Origin: Gracilinanus agilis
Taxonomy: Eukaryota
Direction: 5' to 3'
Length of the DNA stretch: 64,000 nt
Assembly (NCBI RefSeq): GCF_016433145.1
Contig: NC_058133.1
Location: 249,595,832 to 249,659,831, forward strand
The position numbers and the translations under genes are program-made. Below, piece by piece: positions 1 through 12,986 of this stretch; the first letter of the stretch is position 1; the number at the start of each line of letters is the position of its first letter. The notes beneath the pieces are model-generated. The model saw only the letters and a program-made list of their open reading frames with translations. It made no database searches and had not been told where the DNA came from.

Positions 1-59
1 TTCCCCCTTGAAAGCAACCTACCTCTTTCTACAAGGGGTGAGATAAGTAGTCTTTTTGT

Positions 60-1110
60 GTTGGATATTGTATTGGGAGTTGGGGGAGAGGGGGCGGTTA
101 GAGTGTTGGAATGAAGTCATCTTAGACCATACAATTCAAGACCGAGGTTCTGAAGAATGGGATGTGTAGTTGGGGGTCAGGTGTATTTAGATGTCCAGGA
201 TGAAGCACTAGGGAAAGCCAGAGATTGGAGTGCTCTAGCTTGGGGAATTGTGTGGCTGGGTTGAGTTATGATCTGGAATGATCATATGTTGGGATTGGAG
301 TGTTGAGGTTAGGGGATATAGTATTTAGAGTGTAGTGTCAGAGGTAGGAGTTGGGGAGTTGGACTGTCTGAAGTTGAAATCCTGTCATCCTGATGGAGTC
401 GAAATATCAGGGTTCTACTGTCAAGATAAGGGTTTGAGGTTAATAATTAGGCATTGGAGTGAAATAAAATTGTGGCATGTGAGAGTTGAAGTTTGTATAT
501 AGGAATTTTAAGGTGAAAAAAGGCTGAATGGTTGGAGTCTTGAGACTCTAGAGTGCTGAGGGTTTGAAGAGTTGAATATTTAGCATGCTTCCAATATCCT
601 GAGATATAGGAAGATTGGGTGTAAATTTGGGGTGTAGTTGGGTTAGGATGTTGCCAGACTAGGGACTTGAAATTTGGGATTACAATTAAGGTTTTGTATA
701 TTGGAAGTTGAGGACTAAAAGTTTGGTGGAGTAGAGTTAGAGTTTGGGTTTTGGAGTGTTGGGTTTTGAAGTATTGGAGTATTAAAGGATTTTGAAGGTG
801 GAAGTATTAAAGGCTTGGTATCTGGGGTTAGAAATTCAAAGCTGAGAGTTAAGGACCCGGATTTTTTAGGTTAGAGTATTTTTTACTTGAGAAAATTGTA
901 GGGATTTTATTGTTGGGATGTTGTAGGTTAGGTGTTGGGGTACTGGGTATGCAGTGTAATGGTTTTGTGGATTTGAGGACTGGAGTGTTTGAGAGTTTGG
1001 GATTAGGAGAGTGGAGTTGAATTTGGGGTGTTGGGATGTTGGATGTTTGGAGGTTTGAGGTTAAAGAGTTTGGGGTGCTGAAAGTTCAGGGGTTGGAGAT
1101 AGGTGGACAG
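60..1110. repeat. Strand-asymmetric G/T-rich, C-poor low-complexity tract (degenerate minisatellite-like)
   Basis: Many 60-nt lines contain only 0-3 C on the + strand (721-780 has none). Recurrent units resemble TTGGAGTGTT, GGGTT and GAGTT. Confidence 0.7.
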
Positions 1111-1199
1111 CCTAAATATCTTTGTGGCAGGGAATTGTTTTAGAAAGTCCTGAGTTCCTTCCAGGTCAGGGTCTCAGGAAGGGGGTGGAAAGGGAAGGA

Positions 1200-2000
1200 G
1201 CAGGGCATCCAACATGGCGGCACCTCAACTTCTTCTCCCAGCTCCCCCCCTCCTTTCCTCCCCACTCCCCCGCCCGGCCTGGTCCACGGGTGCCCGGATG
1301 TGGGTGACGTGCGGCCGCCATCTTCCCGTCCCCAGGCTCAGCAGCACCATTCGGAGCCAGTGCGAGCCAGAGCCGCCGCCGCTGCTGTCCCCGCCCGCCC
1401 GCGCGCCCGCCCGCCCCCGCCATGTGAGTCTGCACCGCCCGGCGCCTGGCGCAGTCCCCGGGGCTGCCATGGGCCCCCTTGCACTGCCCGGAGCCACCCT
1501 CCTACTCTCACTCCTTCCACCTCCTCCTCATCTTCTTCTTCCTCCTCCTCCTCCCCGCCACCGCTGCCTCAGCTGCCACCCTCCCAGCCGTCCCCACCCT
1601 TGCTGCCCGGGCGCCCTCTGGGAGCTGGGCCCGGCCGTGCCCAAGGGCGATTCGAGCCCGGGCTGCAGCCTCCCGCGCTGCCGCCGCCCCGGTCCACCCC
1701 GGCCCACTCCGGCCCTGCAGGCTGGGTTCTGTCCCCTCCAGCCTGGCCAGCCGCTGGGGCGTCGCTTTTGATTTTAGAGGAGGGGTTGGGTCGGGGCTGT
1801 CAAAGCCCCAAGAGGATGGGGAACGAGGAGCTAAAAATACCCGGGCCCCGGGGTAACCCGGGGCTGCAGAGTCGCAGTGTAGAGCTGAGACCAAGCCCCG
1901 AGCCAACCAATCCGACCCACCCCTGGAGATGCCTGACATCAGCCCTAGCACAGCGGACCCCGGCGTTTCGGCCTCGCATGCCGGTCTCAGCCGCCCCGCA
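1200..2000 (+). promoter_or_regulatory. VAMP2: VAMP2 CpG-island promoter and first exon region
   Basis: High GC and CpG density. YY1-type motifs AACATGGCGGC (1211-1221) and GCCGCCATCTT (1314-1324), half-CRE TGACGT (1305-1310), GC boxes. Exon 1 ends AT|GTGAGT at 1423. Confidence 0.85.
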
Positions 2001-4127
2001 AAGTCTCAATGGTCTTGGCAGCCTCCACCAACCCACCCTTACCCCCCCCAGCCTGAGGATCTGGGACCTGCCCTCAGTTCCCAGGCTTCCAGGGGCCCTG
2101 AGAGGAGATGAGAAGTCTCACTACCACAGTGCTCGAGCCCATTGCCTCGTTCTTCAAAGGAAAACTGATGTGCAGAGAGAAATGACTGAGTCTCAGAATC
2201 TGAGGCTGAAAGGGTTTGCCTGATGTCTTCCTGTGGGGAGAGCTGGGGACCCGGGAGAGGTGGGGGCTGGCAGCATCTGCTGTGAAGGGCTGGATGTCCT
2301 TGTGTCAAGACACTACTTTGCCACTTACACCCTCAGGTCTGCTCCTGCTACTGCCATGCCTCCTGCTGCCCCAGCAGGAGAAGGGGGCCCTCCTGCCGCC
2401 CCCCCAAACCTCACTAGCAACAGGAGGCTGCAGCAAACCCAGGCCCAGGTGGATGAGGTGAGCCTAGAGGAAGGAGAAGTGAAAGAAAGGGAAAGGGGGG
2501 TAAGGAGAGTCTGCCTCGTGATCAGTACCATGGACAGATCACTGCTGAGTGCCTTGAGGTACTACAGCTTTTGGGCTGGGAGTGAGTTTAGGGGAAGAGG
2601 CACCAATGTTTCTCGCATTAGCGGTATTGGACCGAGACCTGTGTCACTGTTGTCATGCCTATGGTCATCTGGTAAGTTAGTTGGCTTTGCTCCTTCGCTT
2701 TACCCTTCGAGTTCTGGGCCTGGTGTGTTGGGCTGTTGTATACTAGGCATGTTGAAGGTTTGTAGGTAATGGGTAAGTCTCATTGTTTTATGCCTTTGTG
2801 TGTAAAGGGGATGTTTCTGACCTACATCCAATGTGTTCCTGGGTTCTGCCAGTATGTCTGAGGCATGTACCTCGATCAGCTTTTGGCATGCCCTTGCTCT
2901 GTGTCCCAGAAGGGTCCTGTGTATGCAATTACGCCTTAAGTGTCCCTGGTATTACTTTGTGCCAGACAGCTCCTGTACATCAGGTTATAGTTAGCTCAAG
3001 GTTTGTGTCCTAGCATATATCACATGTATTATGTCCTTGGGGGGTTGTCCTATTTGTGTGATGCTTGAATCTATTTCCGGGCATAGTTTGTGACATATCT
3101 GTAATATTGCTTTTGTGAATCAATGGCATGAGCTTAAACATGTTGACCCTCTCCTCCTCCATTGTCTAGGTGGTGGATATCATGCGGGTGAATGTGGACA
3201 AGGTCCTAGAGCGGGACCAGAAGTTATCAGAACTAGATGACCGTGCAGATGCCCTCCAGGCTGGGGCTTCCCAGTTTGAGACAAGTGCTGCTAAGCTCAA
3301 GCGTAAATACTGGTGGAAAAACCTCAAAGTAAGGGGACTTGAGGAGGGAATGAGGGTGGGTTGGCAAGGGGAGGAAATTGGGAGAATGGAGTAAAGTATT
3401 CTCATGGGCTGACTGATACTAAAGCAAAACTATGTGACCTTGGATGAGTCACTTCTATTTGGGCTTCGATTTCCTCCTCTCTAAAATGAAGGGGTTATAT
3501 TAGGTGATTACTAAAGGATTTCTTTTTAATACCCTGATACATTTTGTTCTTTAAAGAAATGGTTTGGAGGGTGGGAAATGGGCAGAGCTTGGAGCTCGGA
3601 CCTTTCCCCTTACTAACCTGATTATCCCCTCCATCCCTCTTCTCATTTTCCTTTTCTTCTTCCTCTCTCTGTCTCTCTCCTCCCTCTTTTCTCTCTCCCC
3701 TTTTCTTCTTTTCCTCACTCTCTATCCATCTCCTCATTTCACCTTTTCCTTCTTTCCTCTTTTCCTTCTTTCTACCCCCCCTCCATCTCAGATGATGATC
3801 ATCCTTGGAGTGATATGCGCCATCATCCTCATCCTCATCATTGGTGAGTAGGGTGCTGAGGGAGGAGGTTCAGATACTGTGGCCCAATTAGAAGGGGAAA
3901 GAAATAGTCTTTTCCATCTGCCCTTTGTGGGATCATTGAGTCCCACTAGCATCTCCAGAGCTTTACTTCCTAAACAGGGCTGATGAAACTCCAGATAAGA
4001 GTGGAGGGGGGCTGGGCAGAACTGAGGAGGGCTGAGTATAAGTGAAAGATTCCCTCCATGGGGAGACATGGACCAAGCCTGACCCTAACACTCTTTGGGT
4101 CTCTCCACAGTTTATTTCAGCACCTAA
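1422..4127 (+). CDS. VAMP2: Vesicle-associated membrane protein 2 (synaptobrevin-2), 116 aa
   Basis: Coding exons 1422-1423, 2337-2457, 3170-3328, 3792-3843, 4111-4127, all GT-AG, total 351 nt. Translation: [116 protein letters not shown]. It has an R-SNARE motif and a C-terminal TM anchor. Confidence 0.98.
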
Positions 4128-4256
4128 GTCCACAGCAGGAGCTGCCCCTGCCCGGGAGAGGGGCCCCTCCCCTCCATGGCTCTCCCTCTCTCAGCCATAT
4201 CTTCCAGCCCCTTCTCCTGTTCCACCTCCGGTGTGTCTGCGTGTGTGTCCCCCCCT

Positions 4257-4264
4257 TGTAAATA
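4257..4264 (+). promoter_or_regulatory. Pumilio response element in VAMP2 3' UTR
   Basis: TGTAAATA matches the UGUAHAUA consensus and is followed by an AU-rich tract. Confidence 0.5.
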
Positions 4265-5751
4265 GCCAGCTGTTATTTATACATATATAATATTATATAT
4301 ATTTGGTCTGTTTGTAGTTTTATTACTAGAAGATTTTTTCTGGTTGTTCTTAACTTCTCTCCTCTGCCCATCATCCTTTTCTCTCCCCTAATTCTTCACT
4401 CCTCTCCTTTTCTTTTGACCCATAGTTCCTTCGTGTGCATCTGCTATGCAACATTCTCTGTTTTCTTTCCATCTTCCTTCTTGCCTGGAGTTAGCTGTTC
4501 ATCTCTCCCATCCATCTCTCTCCTCCCAGGAACCTGGGGCTCCCCCTTATTTATGGACTATCCAATCATTATGGACTGTGACAAAGATTCCCTTTGCCAC
4601 CTCTCCCTCCCCAGTGTCTCCTGGGAGCTTTGAGAATTTAAATTAGCATGTCATTTACATAACCACACCCTTTTTGTTTTGCTTTTCAGTTTCAGTCATT
4701 CCTGCCTCCTGACCTCTGTTGGGTCTCCTTTTACCTATTAAACATACCTATGGGTCCTCCAATTCTACCCTTATTTGCACGACATTTACATAAGTGAGGG
4801 GTTGTTTGCTTTTAACACATGGGAGCCTGTGGTCTCCCCCACCCCATTCCATTTTTTCCACCATCCATTTCCTTCTAACTCTTGTCTGTCATCATCCTCC
4901 TTTCCTAATTCCTCCTTCCCAGAAATACCTCCCCAACTCTCAACCCCACAGCTGGTATGTAAGTGTCTTAAAGTTAAATGTTTTGATGGACCAATAATTC
5001 TGCCACTTGGGGGTCTCCACATTCCTACTCCCCATATTTGGTAGGGGGGCTCACTGACATTATCAAAAGGGTCCCCCTCACCTGCCCCTCCCACCCCAGA
5101 TGGGATGAATTGGGGAACCCTGCTACATTCCGATTCTTATCTAGGAGGGGAGACCACCAGCCAACAGGGGCTGTCACTGCCGTGGGGAGCCTGGTAAGGG
5201 GGCTGAGGAACACCTCACAAGTCCTCCATGGACCTCCTCCCCTCTGAGCCAACTCCTTGTGGGGAACAGAGCTGATAGCTCACCCTGGGTGTCCAGGGAG
5301 GGTTTGCAAAGGCCTGTCATTGCCCACCTTCTTTGGTTGCCCCCCTGAATTCAAAGAAGGGGGAAATAGTCACTGCCAGAATGTGTTGTTGGAGGAGGAG
5401 ACATTTAGTCCCTTCCTCTCTCCAAGGGAAGAAAGGAATGAATCTTGTGAGGTCCTATATAGGCTGAAGGGAGTTGGTGGTTAAAGGAGGAGGGTCAAAA
5501 AGTCTCTTTAAATGGCACAATTTGTGGGGGGGAAACAGGGGAAGATATAGTCTTTTAACTTGCCACTAGATCTCCGTGTTCCCTCCATTCCACTTTCTGG
5601 GAGGTTGAGGAGAAAGAGAGCTGCCTACTGGGTTGGGGGTGGTGGAGATATGGGGGTGGGACTCTGTTCTAGACCCCCCCCATTCCCTATCCCTACCCTA
5701 TCCCCTTCAGTGCCCCCAATTCTGTGGCAAATCCAGATTGTGAAAATGTAC

Positions 5752-5761
5752 AATAAATAAA
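5752..5761 (+). terminator. VAMP2: VAMP2 polyadenylation signal (two overlapping AATAAA)
   Basis: AATAAATAAA preceded by TGTA and followed by TG-rich downstream sequence. Implies a 3' UTR of about 1.65 kb. Confidence 0.85.
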
Positions 5762-7129
5762 TGTGTGATGAGAAACCAGATAGTGTGTGTGTATCTTTGT
5801 TCAGTTTGGGACCTGGATTTCCTAAAGGGAGGGGACATGGGTTGGCTATGCATGTGGAGAGAGTGAGGTAGGGTTAGACTCCAATCAAAGGAAGGAGGGA
5901 TGCTGTAGCTTAAGCCTGAGAAAGGGAGTCATTAGGAGAGAAAGCTAGAGAACATGGGCAAAGAAGAAGACAGAGCAAACAAGGCCTTGAAATTGTGGCC
6001 TGATCCAGAGTGAAATGTAGCTTCAAAGCTAACTACAAGGAGAGGCCATAGAATATGTAATGGAAAGAATTCCTCACATCTGTTAAGTTTTTTCATAGCC
6101 ATTAATGTATATGATTTCCCAAACCCACTCCAACAACTTTTGAAGTTTATATAGCATAATCCCTACTTTGTAGAGAAGGAAATAATCCCAAAGAGATGAT
6201 AGGATTGGCCCAATATTACAGAGCAGGGCAGTGTCAAAACAGGATTTGGAATAATAAACAGGATGTAAAACTTGAAGGGAACTTGGAGATAATTTATCAC
6301 TCTCCCTTTACATATGAAGAAACTAAAACTAATTCATAGATGTGCAGTGATTTGTCCAATGTCACACAGATGCCCTGTGGCAAAGCAAAGATTCATATTA
6401 TTTTGTTTTAAATAAATTCCAAGTTAACAAAAACCTGAAGAAACCATCTTGTCCAATCCATATCAGAACAAGAATTCTCCAGAAAATAGGTTCTTAACCT
6501 TTTTTTTGTGTGTGTCATAGACTTTTTTGGTGAAGCTGTTAAACTCCTTCACAGAATAATGTTTTAAAATGCTTAAAATAAAATGCTTAGGATCCAAAGG
6601 AAACAAATTATATTGAAATATTCATCAAAATATTTTTAATAGTGTCATGATTTCAGATTAAGAACCCCTGCTCCTCTACAGTATCCCCAAGAACTCCAGT
6701 GAAGGCAAACTTACTACCTTTTAAGGCAGCTTGTTTCATTTTTGTATAGCTCTAAATTTGGTATTTTCCTTATATAGAGTTGAAATCTACATCGGAAGCT
6801 TACACCCATTGTTTCTAGTTCCAAACTAGACTTCTTAATGCCCTGTTCAGTGTTTTTTTCCCAATATATCACAGTGCCTCTCTATGTGGTGGGGAGAGAA
6901 CCACTAACCCTGCCCTGCCTCCCCCTTCCCTCCCAAACATACATGCTCCTTTGTATAGAAGAGCTGAGGGAGCATAATTTATAACCTAGTAGTACAGAAA
7001 AAGGGCCTGAATAAGGGAACCTAACCCTTAGGAAACAGTGCAAGTACTCCAGAACTCAGTATTAAAATTGTTCTCATTTCCTCAGATCCTTCTTATCTGT
7101 TCAATCTTCTGTAGTTTCTAGATTTTCTT

Positions 7130-7377
7130 ATTGTTCAGGTATTTTCAGTCATGTCTGACTTTTCATGACCCCTTTCTGGGGTTTTCTTGCCAAAGATACT
7201 GGAGTGGTTTGCCATTTCCTTCTCCAACTCATTTTGCAGATGAGGAAACTGAGTAAACAAGACTAACGACTTGCTCAGGGTCACACAGCTAATAAGAATC
7301 GGAGGCCAGATGAGCTCAGGAAGATGTCTTCCTAACTCTAGGCCTGCCACTCTCTCTACTTTGCTATCTAGCTGCCC
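7130..7377 (-). mobile_element. MAR1-type marsupial CORE-SINE with RTE-like tail
   Basis: Tail GGGGTTTTCTTGCCAAAGATACTGGAGTGGTTTGCCATTTCCTTCTCC, CORE segment CAGATGAGGAAACTGAG...GGGTCACACAGCTA, and tRNA-derived head ending CTAGCTGCCC. Confidence 0.75.
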
Positions 7378-9349
7378 AGTTTCTAGGTTATTGGACCACA
7401 ATAGATAGATGCCTATCTATCAATGAATACCACAATTCCATTTAGTTTACCTTTAACAGACACCTATATATGTACCCTGTGAGGTTATCAGGGGTGCAAA
7501 AATGAGTAAGACTGACTCTATATTCAAGGGCCTGCTTGTTTCATTGGGGAAGTAAGACAGACCCAACTGACCTCAGTACAAAAAGGAAGGAGCACTTTTT
7601 TGCTAGTTGGCTCAGGGAAGGGCGCATGGAGAAGGCTGCATCAGAGAAGGTAGGATTGGTAGCATATTTATAGATTTGGGAGAGAGGGATAGAAGAGTGG
7701 GAAAAACATAACAAAATTAATCAGTAGAGTTGCAGAATTTTTTCTACCAAGGTAGAAAAATACTAGATTATGTGGTTTTGCAGTCCTCTTTCACTAGGGC
7801 ATAGGACATGGGAACGAAGAGCTAAATAGAGATAAGCCCTAAATGTCAGTTTAAGGAGTTTAGTTTTCAATCTGTAGGGAATCTAATTCTTGAACAGAGG
7901 AGTTGACCTAATGAGCTCTATGCACAAGGAAAATTAATATATAGGCACGAAAGAATAACATGTGAAGGTAGTATTGGATCTAGAGTAAGAAGAGATATAG
8001 TTTGGAGAGACATGATTTGGCATTCCATTCTCACACTAATTGTGCAAGCAAAGAAATCACTTAATTTCTCTGACTTTCAATATCTTCACCTGCAAAATGG
8101 GGATGCAATCTGTAATAACAGGGTTGTCATAAAGATCAAATATATGTTTTATAAATATCAGTTATTATCATTCCCTCCTTAGCCCTGCCTCTTAGAATTC
8201 TTAGTTTTGTTATGAGAGATTTCTTTTGGAGTGGGGATAATGCATAATAAATATTTGTAGTGTAAAAACAAATACATTGATAAAACTCTCAAGAATTCTT
8301 AGCTTTCTTTAAGTATTAATTCAGATGCTGTCTCCCACTGGAAGCATTTACTGATCCTCCCAATTAGTGTTCTTTTCCTTCAAAAATTAACTTACATTTA
8401 CTTATCCAGGGGCATGTGGAATAAGCATATAAATATATATCCATACAACAAAACTCATTGAGGGAAGGAAATATTTCTTTTTTTCCCCTTTTTTTTCTTT
8501 GTGCCCCTAGCACCTGGCACAGTAATTAGCACTGAGTATGTGCAGTTGAATTAAAATATTGCTCTTTACCTGGAAGTGGTATAGAGGAGGGGAAAGCAGG
8601 GAAACAGGAATTCTTCCCTCCTTTTCATTTTATGGCTTCCAACCCAGTTCAGGCCTTTATCACTTTTTGCCTTAACTGCTAAGAGCCATCAATTTCAGCT
8701 AGAAAATATCCAATTCTAGCCATATCCTTCCCATAGGGGAAATCCCATTACAAGTGTAGTCCTTGTCACAATGATATAATACAAACATAATGCAAAATAT
8801 TTAAATACTTAATACAAAAACACAATGCAAAAATTCATTATCACAATACCAAAGACCTCTTTCAATCATTAAACATTAAATATTTACTATAATCAAGGTA
8901 ATGTGAGGTCACACATCAAAAACAACAATCCTTACTATTTTGTTGTTAAGGAGTTTAATATCCTATTCAACCTGGTTGATTTGGTTTTATAATTCTCTAC
9001 AATGAATAATCTTTTGCCTAGTTCAGGAATCTCATATCGTGTATGATGAAAACATGGATTATGTGATACTTTGTAAATAAGGATGGGAGAGATGCATCAA
9101 GGCCTCATTACAACTCCCTTCATTACAAATATCATACTTCAACTAATCTCCCAAAGCACCCACACAAACAATATGCAAAATGATGCAGGAACTAAGTGGA
9201 TCTGGGAGAAAAGTTCAGGTTCTTGAAGCCTTCTCCTACTTGGTTCAAAGACTTCTTTTCACTTGCTAATTCACTATGGAGGTAAGAAAGGAAACCTGGT
9301 ATAGACAACTGGATAGATACCAGAGGTTGAATTCTGCCTCAAAACTTCA

Positions 9350-9502
9350 TAGCTGGGTGGTACCATGGATAAAGAACCAGGTCTGGATCTGGCCTCAGAC
9401 ACTAGCTATGTGATCCAGGGCAAGTCACTTAATTTCATTTGCTTAGCCCTTTCTCCTCTATCTTAGAATTGTTACTAAGATAGAAAGAAAGGGTTTTAAA
9501 AA
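9350..9502 (+). mobile_element. Older marsupial CORE-SINE
   Basis: CORE segment GCTATGTGATCCAGGGCAAGTCACTTAA and tail CTTAGAATTGTTACTAAGATAGAAAGAAAGGGTTTTAAAAA. Confidence 0.6.
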
Positions 9503-11899
9503 GACAACTTCATAGCTGTGTGATTATAGGTAAGTCATTTGAACTCTCAGATTCTCAGTTTTGCCATCTGTAAAATGGAGAAAATACTTATGCTCCTCTG
9601 AGCCTTGGTTTCCTCATTTGTAAATTAAAAGGCTTGGACCAGATAACCTCCAGATCAGCATTCTCCATAGTTCATATGAAAATGCAGAGTCTGAACCTAT
9701 TAGGATGAGAAATCCCAAGCCTCAGAACCTTAAAAATATTACTGTTGTGTTTTTCTGGGAGATTGAACAACTAGGACTTATGTGTTTAAGATAAGGTTAA
9801 AAGTGATTTGTCCAAAGTCCCCCAACTAGTCAGTGAAAAAGCCTGAATTGCAACACAGGTCTTTTGATTCCAAATTCATCTCTTATCTCCTGATATTTCA
9901 GGATGAAGCTATGGAGCTTGTACTAGCTATAAGACTGGTATAGCCTCCAGGGATTCAATAATCATGGCTGTATTTGCTGATTCATGGTTCATGATTCAAC
10001 TAATAAGAGATCTCAAGTCTCAGGGTTTCAAAGGCCATAGATGCATGAAGAGAAACCACATCCAATTTGAAATCTTAAGCAGACTCCTAAGGGCACCCCA
10101 AATACTAGATAGACCAGCAGGAATGGATTCTACATGTGCCCTTGCCACTTTAGGAATGAGGCTATCACTGAGAATAAATTCAGTCCTCCCTGGGGTACCT
10201 ATTATAGAGATGGGAATGTGAAAATAGGAGTTAATTTAAGTAAAGTTGAAGATGGTCTAGCATGAGCAAATACTAGGAACACTATAGAAAAAGATTCTGG
10301 AATGTGGTGAGAGAAGGGGGAGAGTTTGAAGGTACAATGACCAATTTGCTTGGCTCTTCCTGTCTTGAAGCTGAGAGAGGAAGGAGCTGTTCTCTGCTGA
10401 GACTATTACCAAGTCTGTTGGTGAGAGAAGGGAAACCTTTTGATTTCTTTTGGGAGTACTTTTTCTCACAAGAAGAAACAAACCTAAAGAAGATCTTATA
10501 TACTCTTAATCCTGACAAAGAAAAGCATTATCCAGAGTCTGCTGTTGGTGTGAGGGCTGAGATGTTCACCTTAGGCCCCGTCCAGTCAGGGTGAACGCAG
10601 ACAACGAGAGTTCATCCTTATCTATCTTGGAAACCTATCAACATCTATCTAACCCAACCAGGGAGGATTTATAGTTAGGAAAAATAGAGAGGGTTTGGGG
10701 ATACAGGGAGTGTCAGGGAGCATCAAGAAACAGAAGGCTCCATCTCACCATGGACTTAGAGGGAAGAGGGAAGTAAGAGACCTTAAAGATTAGGGCATCC
10801 TCATTCCCAAGTCCTCTCTCCCTTCCTTTTGTTTTTAATAATAAACCTGTTAGTTTTACATCAACAACTTTTTGGAAGATTGGTTTGCACTCTGACCTAG
10901 TGTGGTAAGGCCCCAGCTGCCTTACTTCACTAAAGGGGCCTGGGGTATCCCTTGATGGATTACAACATCCACTCATCTCAGTATATCTCAATATTTCACT
11001 ATACACCAATGATTTACTGACTTAGATAATCAAAGTGAATCTCCTGGTGTCTCCTCTGGTCACCCACACCACTAGCTCCCCTGTGTTTGGGGTGACTGAC
11101 CTTAGAAGCAAATGCTGCCTCTCTGGCATAGGGGCTAGGATCATCATAGGACCCTAAAGGCTAGGTTTCCCAATTAATTGCTTCTTCTCCCATTCAATAG
11201 CAAGCAAACTCCAATCTTCTGCTCCCCTTGGATTTAGTTGTTATTTGATGAGGAGAAAATCCCATCCTGTACTACCTTTTCCTCAACCTTTGATCTTATT
11301 AATTTAAGCCATCCTGGTCCACATGCTACTCTGCCAGTCAATTCCATTATGCTCTATGGACCTCCCACTATTTTAACACAATCATGTTCATCCTAGATAT
11401 CTTTTTCATGGTTTTGGATCTTCTGGCACTAATGGAAACCTAACTCTTTCTATAAGACACTATATCTTTAATAGAATGTAGCTCCTTGAGAGCAGGGACT
11501 ACTTCATTTTTAGTTGTGTAGTCTTATTCTCTAGTGCAGTGCTTTGCAAATATTGTGTGCTTAACAAATGCTTGTTGATTAATCCCTGGCCACCCTTTCT
11601 AGGACTGGATATTCCTCAGATGCTAATTGTCACAATTTGGGCAGGAAGAGGAAAGGTACACTCCTTGTTCTTTACTGCTACTTCCACACTCTTGCCATCA
11701 CTCAAAAGGCTTCCCAGTTTTGAAATTAATTCCTCTTATCACTCTATCCAGGTCCTCAGCCTAATGATAATAACAGATAGAAAGCATATTTACATAGCAC
11801 TTTGTTTATAAAGTGCTTTATATATGTTATCTCATTTGATCCTTACTGTATTAAGTAATAAGGAAAATATGTCTGACAAAGGTGATTGAACTCAGATCT

Positions 11900-12700
11900 A
11901 TCCTGACTTCCTAGTTTAATGTTCTATGAAAGCTTCCACTTACTGGCTTCCAATTCATTCTGAATTTTCTCAAGGAACTTAGTAGTTGGTTCAGTCTTCC
12001 TCTTCATCATAACTATTGTTCTAAAATTGGAGGACTTCAATATGCATGGTAATGTCCTTTTGCATACCCCAACCTCCCAGTTCATCAGGCTTTTCAAATT
12101 CTGTAACTTAGAGAACTCCTAACCTCAATGATCATCTTTAATATCACATTAAACACAACTGCTACCACCAATTGGCTTTCTCTCCTCATTCAAACTTCCA
12201 GTTTCATTATACCTACTCTGGTCTTATTTTATTCCCTTCATAATCTTTACCATTTCAACTATATGCTACCCTCTGCTTTGCAATACTCCTTCTTCCACTT
12301 GCCTATCCCCAACTTTACCTCCCTCAAACAACTATCATCTCCACTCCTACTTAAAGTGTGTTGCTAAAGAAAATCACACAACTACTCCAAATGGATTCTA
12401 CATATTTGTGTTATCTGATCTGAACTGAGTTCTCATTGCTTTATCAGGGAACATCACATTATATTACTGAAAATTTTTTAGATCACATGCCATAATTTTC
12501 CACTTCCTTATTTCACATTGCAAAGCCTATCTACATCATACCCCATTCTCTCCTACTTTGCTTTGGTCTTTCATTTTGTCTTTTATCTATAGGCTCCTCC
12601 TTACTGCCTACAAACATCCCCCATTCTTAAAAAAATCCCAACAACTTACACTTACCATGGAATGTCATCTATAGAGTCAGACATAGTGTGTTTGTTTTGC
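11900..12700 (+). mobile_element. L2 LINE fragment (5' piece of an interrupted element)
   Basis: Pyrimidine-rich degenerate L2-like sequence. It appears to resume at about 15480 after an L1/SINE/LTR stack. Boundaries approximate. Confidence 0.45.
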
Positions 12701-12779
12701 TGAGCTGCTTTTCCCCCCTTTCTTTTTCTTTTATCATTAATTTTATTTTATTTTTCTCAATTATATGTAAGCAAGCATA

Positions 12780-12957
12780 AAAAAAACACAACCTTTACCT
12801 TCCATCTTAGAATCAATATTGGTATTGGTTCTAAGGCAGAAGAATGGCTAGGTCTAATCAATGGGGTTAAGTGACTTGCCCAGGGTCACACAGCTAAGAA
12901 GTTAGACCAGATTTGAACTCAGGACCTCTCAATCTGCCAACCCACTCAGCTGCCCCC
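12780..12957 (-). mobile_element. SINE1_Mdo-like SINE inserted in an old L1 3' end
   Basis: Tail CTTAGAATCAATATTGGTATTGGTTCTAAGGCAGAAG, CORE and head CAGCTGCCCC. Near-TSD TGTAAGCAAGCAT / TGTAAGCAAACAT. Confidence 0.7.
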
Positions 12958-12986
12958 TGTAAGCAAACATTTTAAACATTTGTTCT

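Noticed and set aside
1122-2308. Stack of overlapping ORFs up to 307 aa on both strands around VAMP2 exon 1
   Set aside because: Expected in a GC-rich, stop-poor CpG island. The products are low-complexity Pro/Ala/Ser/Arg with no recognisable domain, and the true coding content is the 2-nt exon 1.
10220-11200. Unique-looking segment with a few CpGs and 70-98 aa ORFs, possibly ERV-derived
   Set aside because: I could not identify LTR termini, a primer-binding site or gag/pol motifs. It needs a Dfam search.
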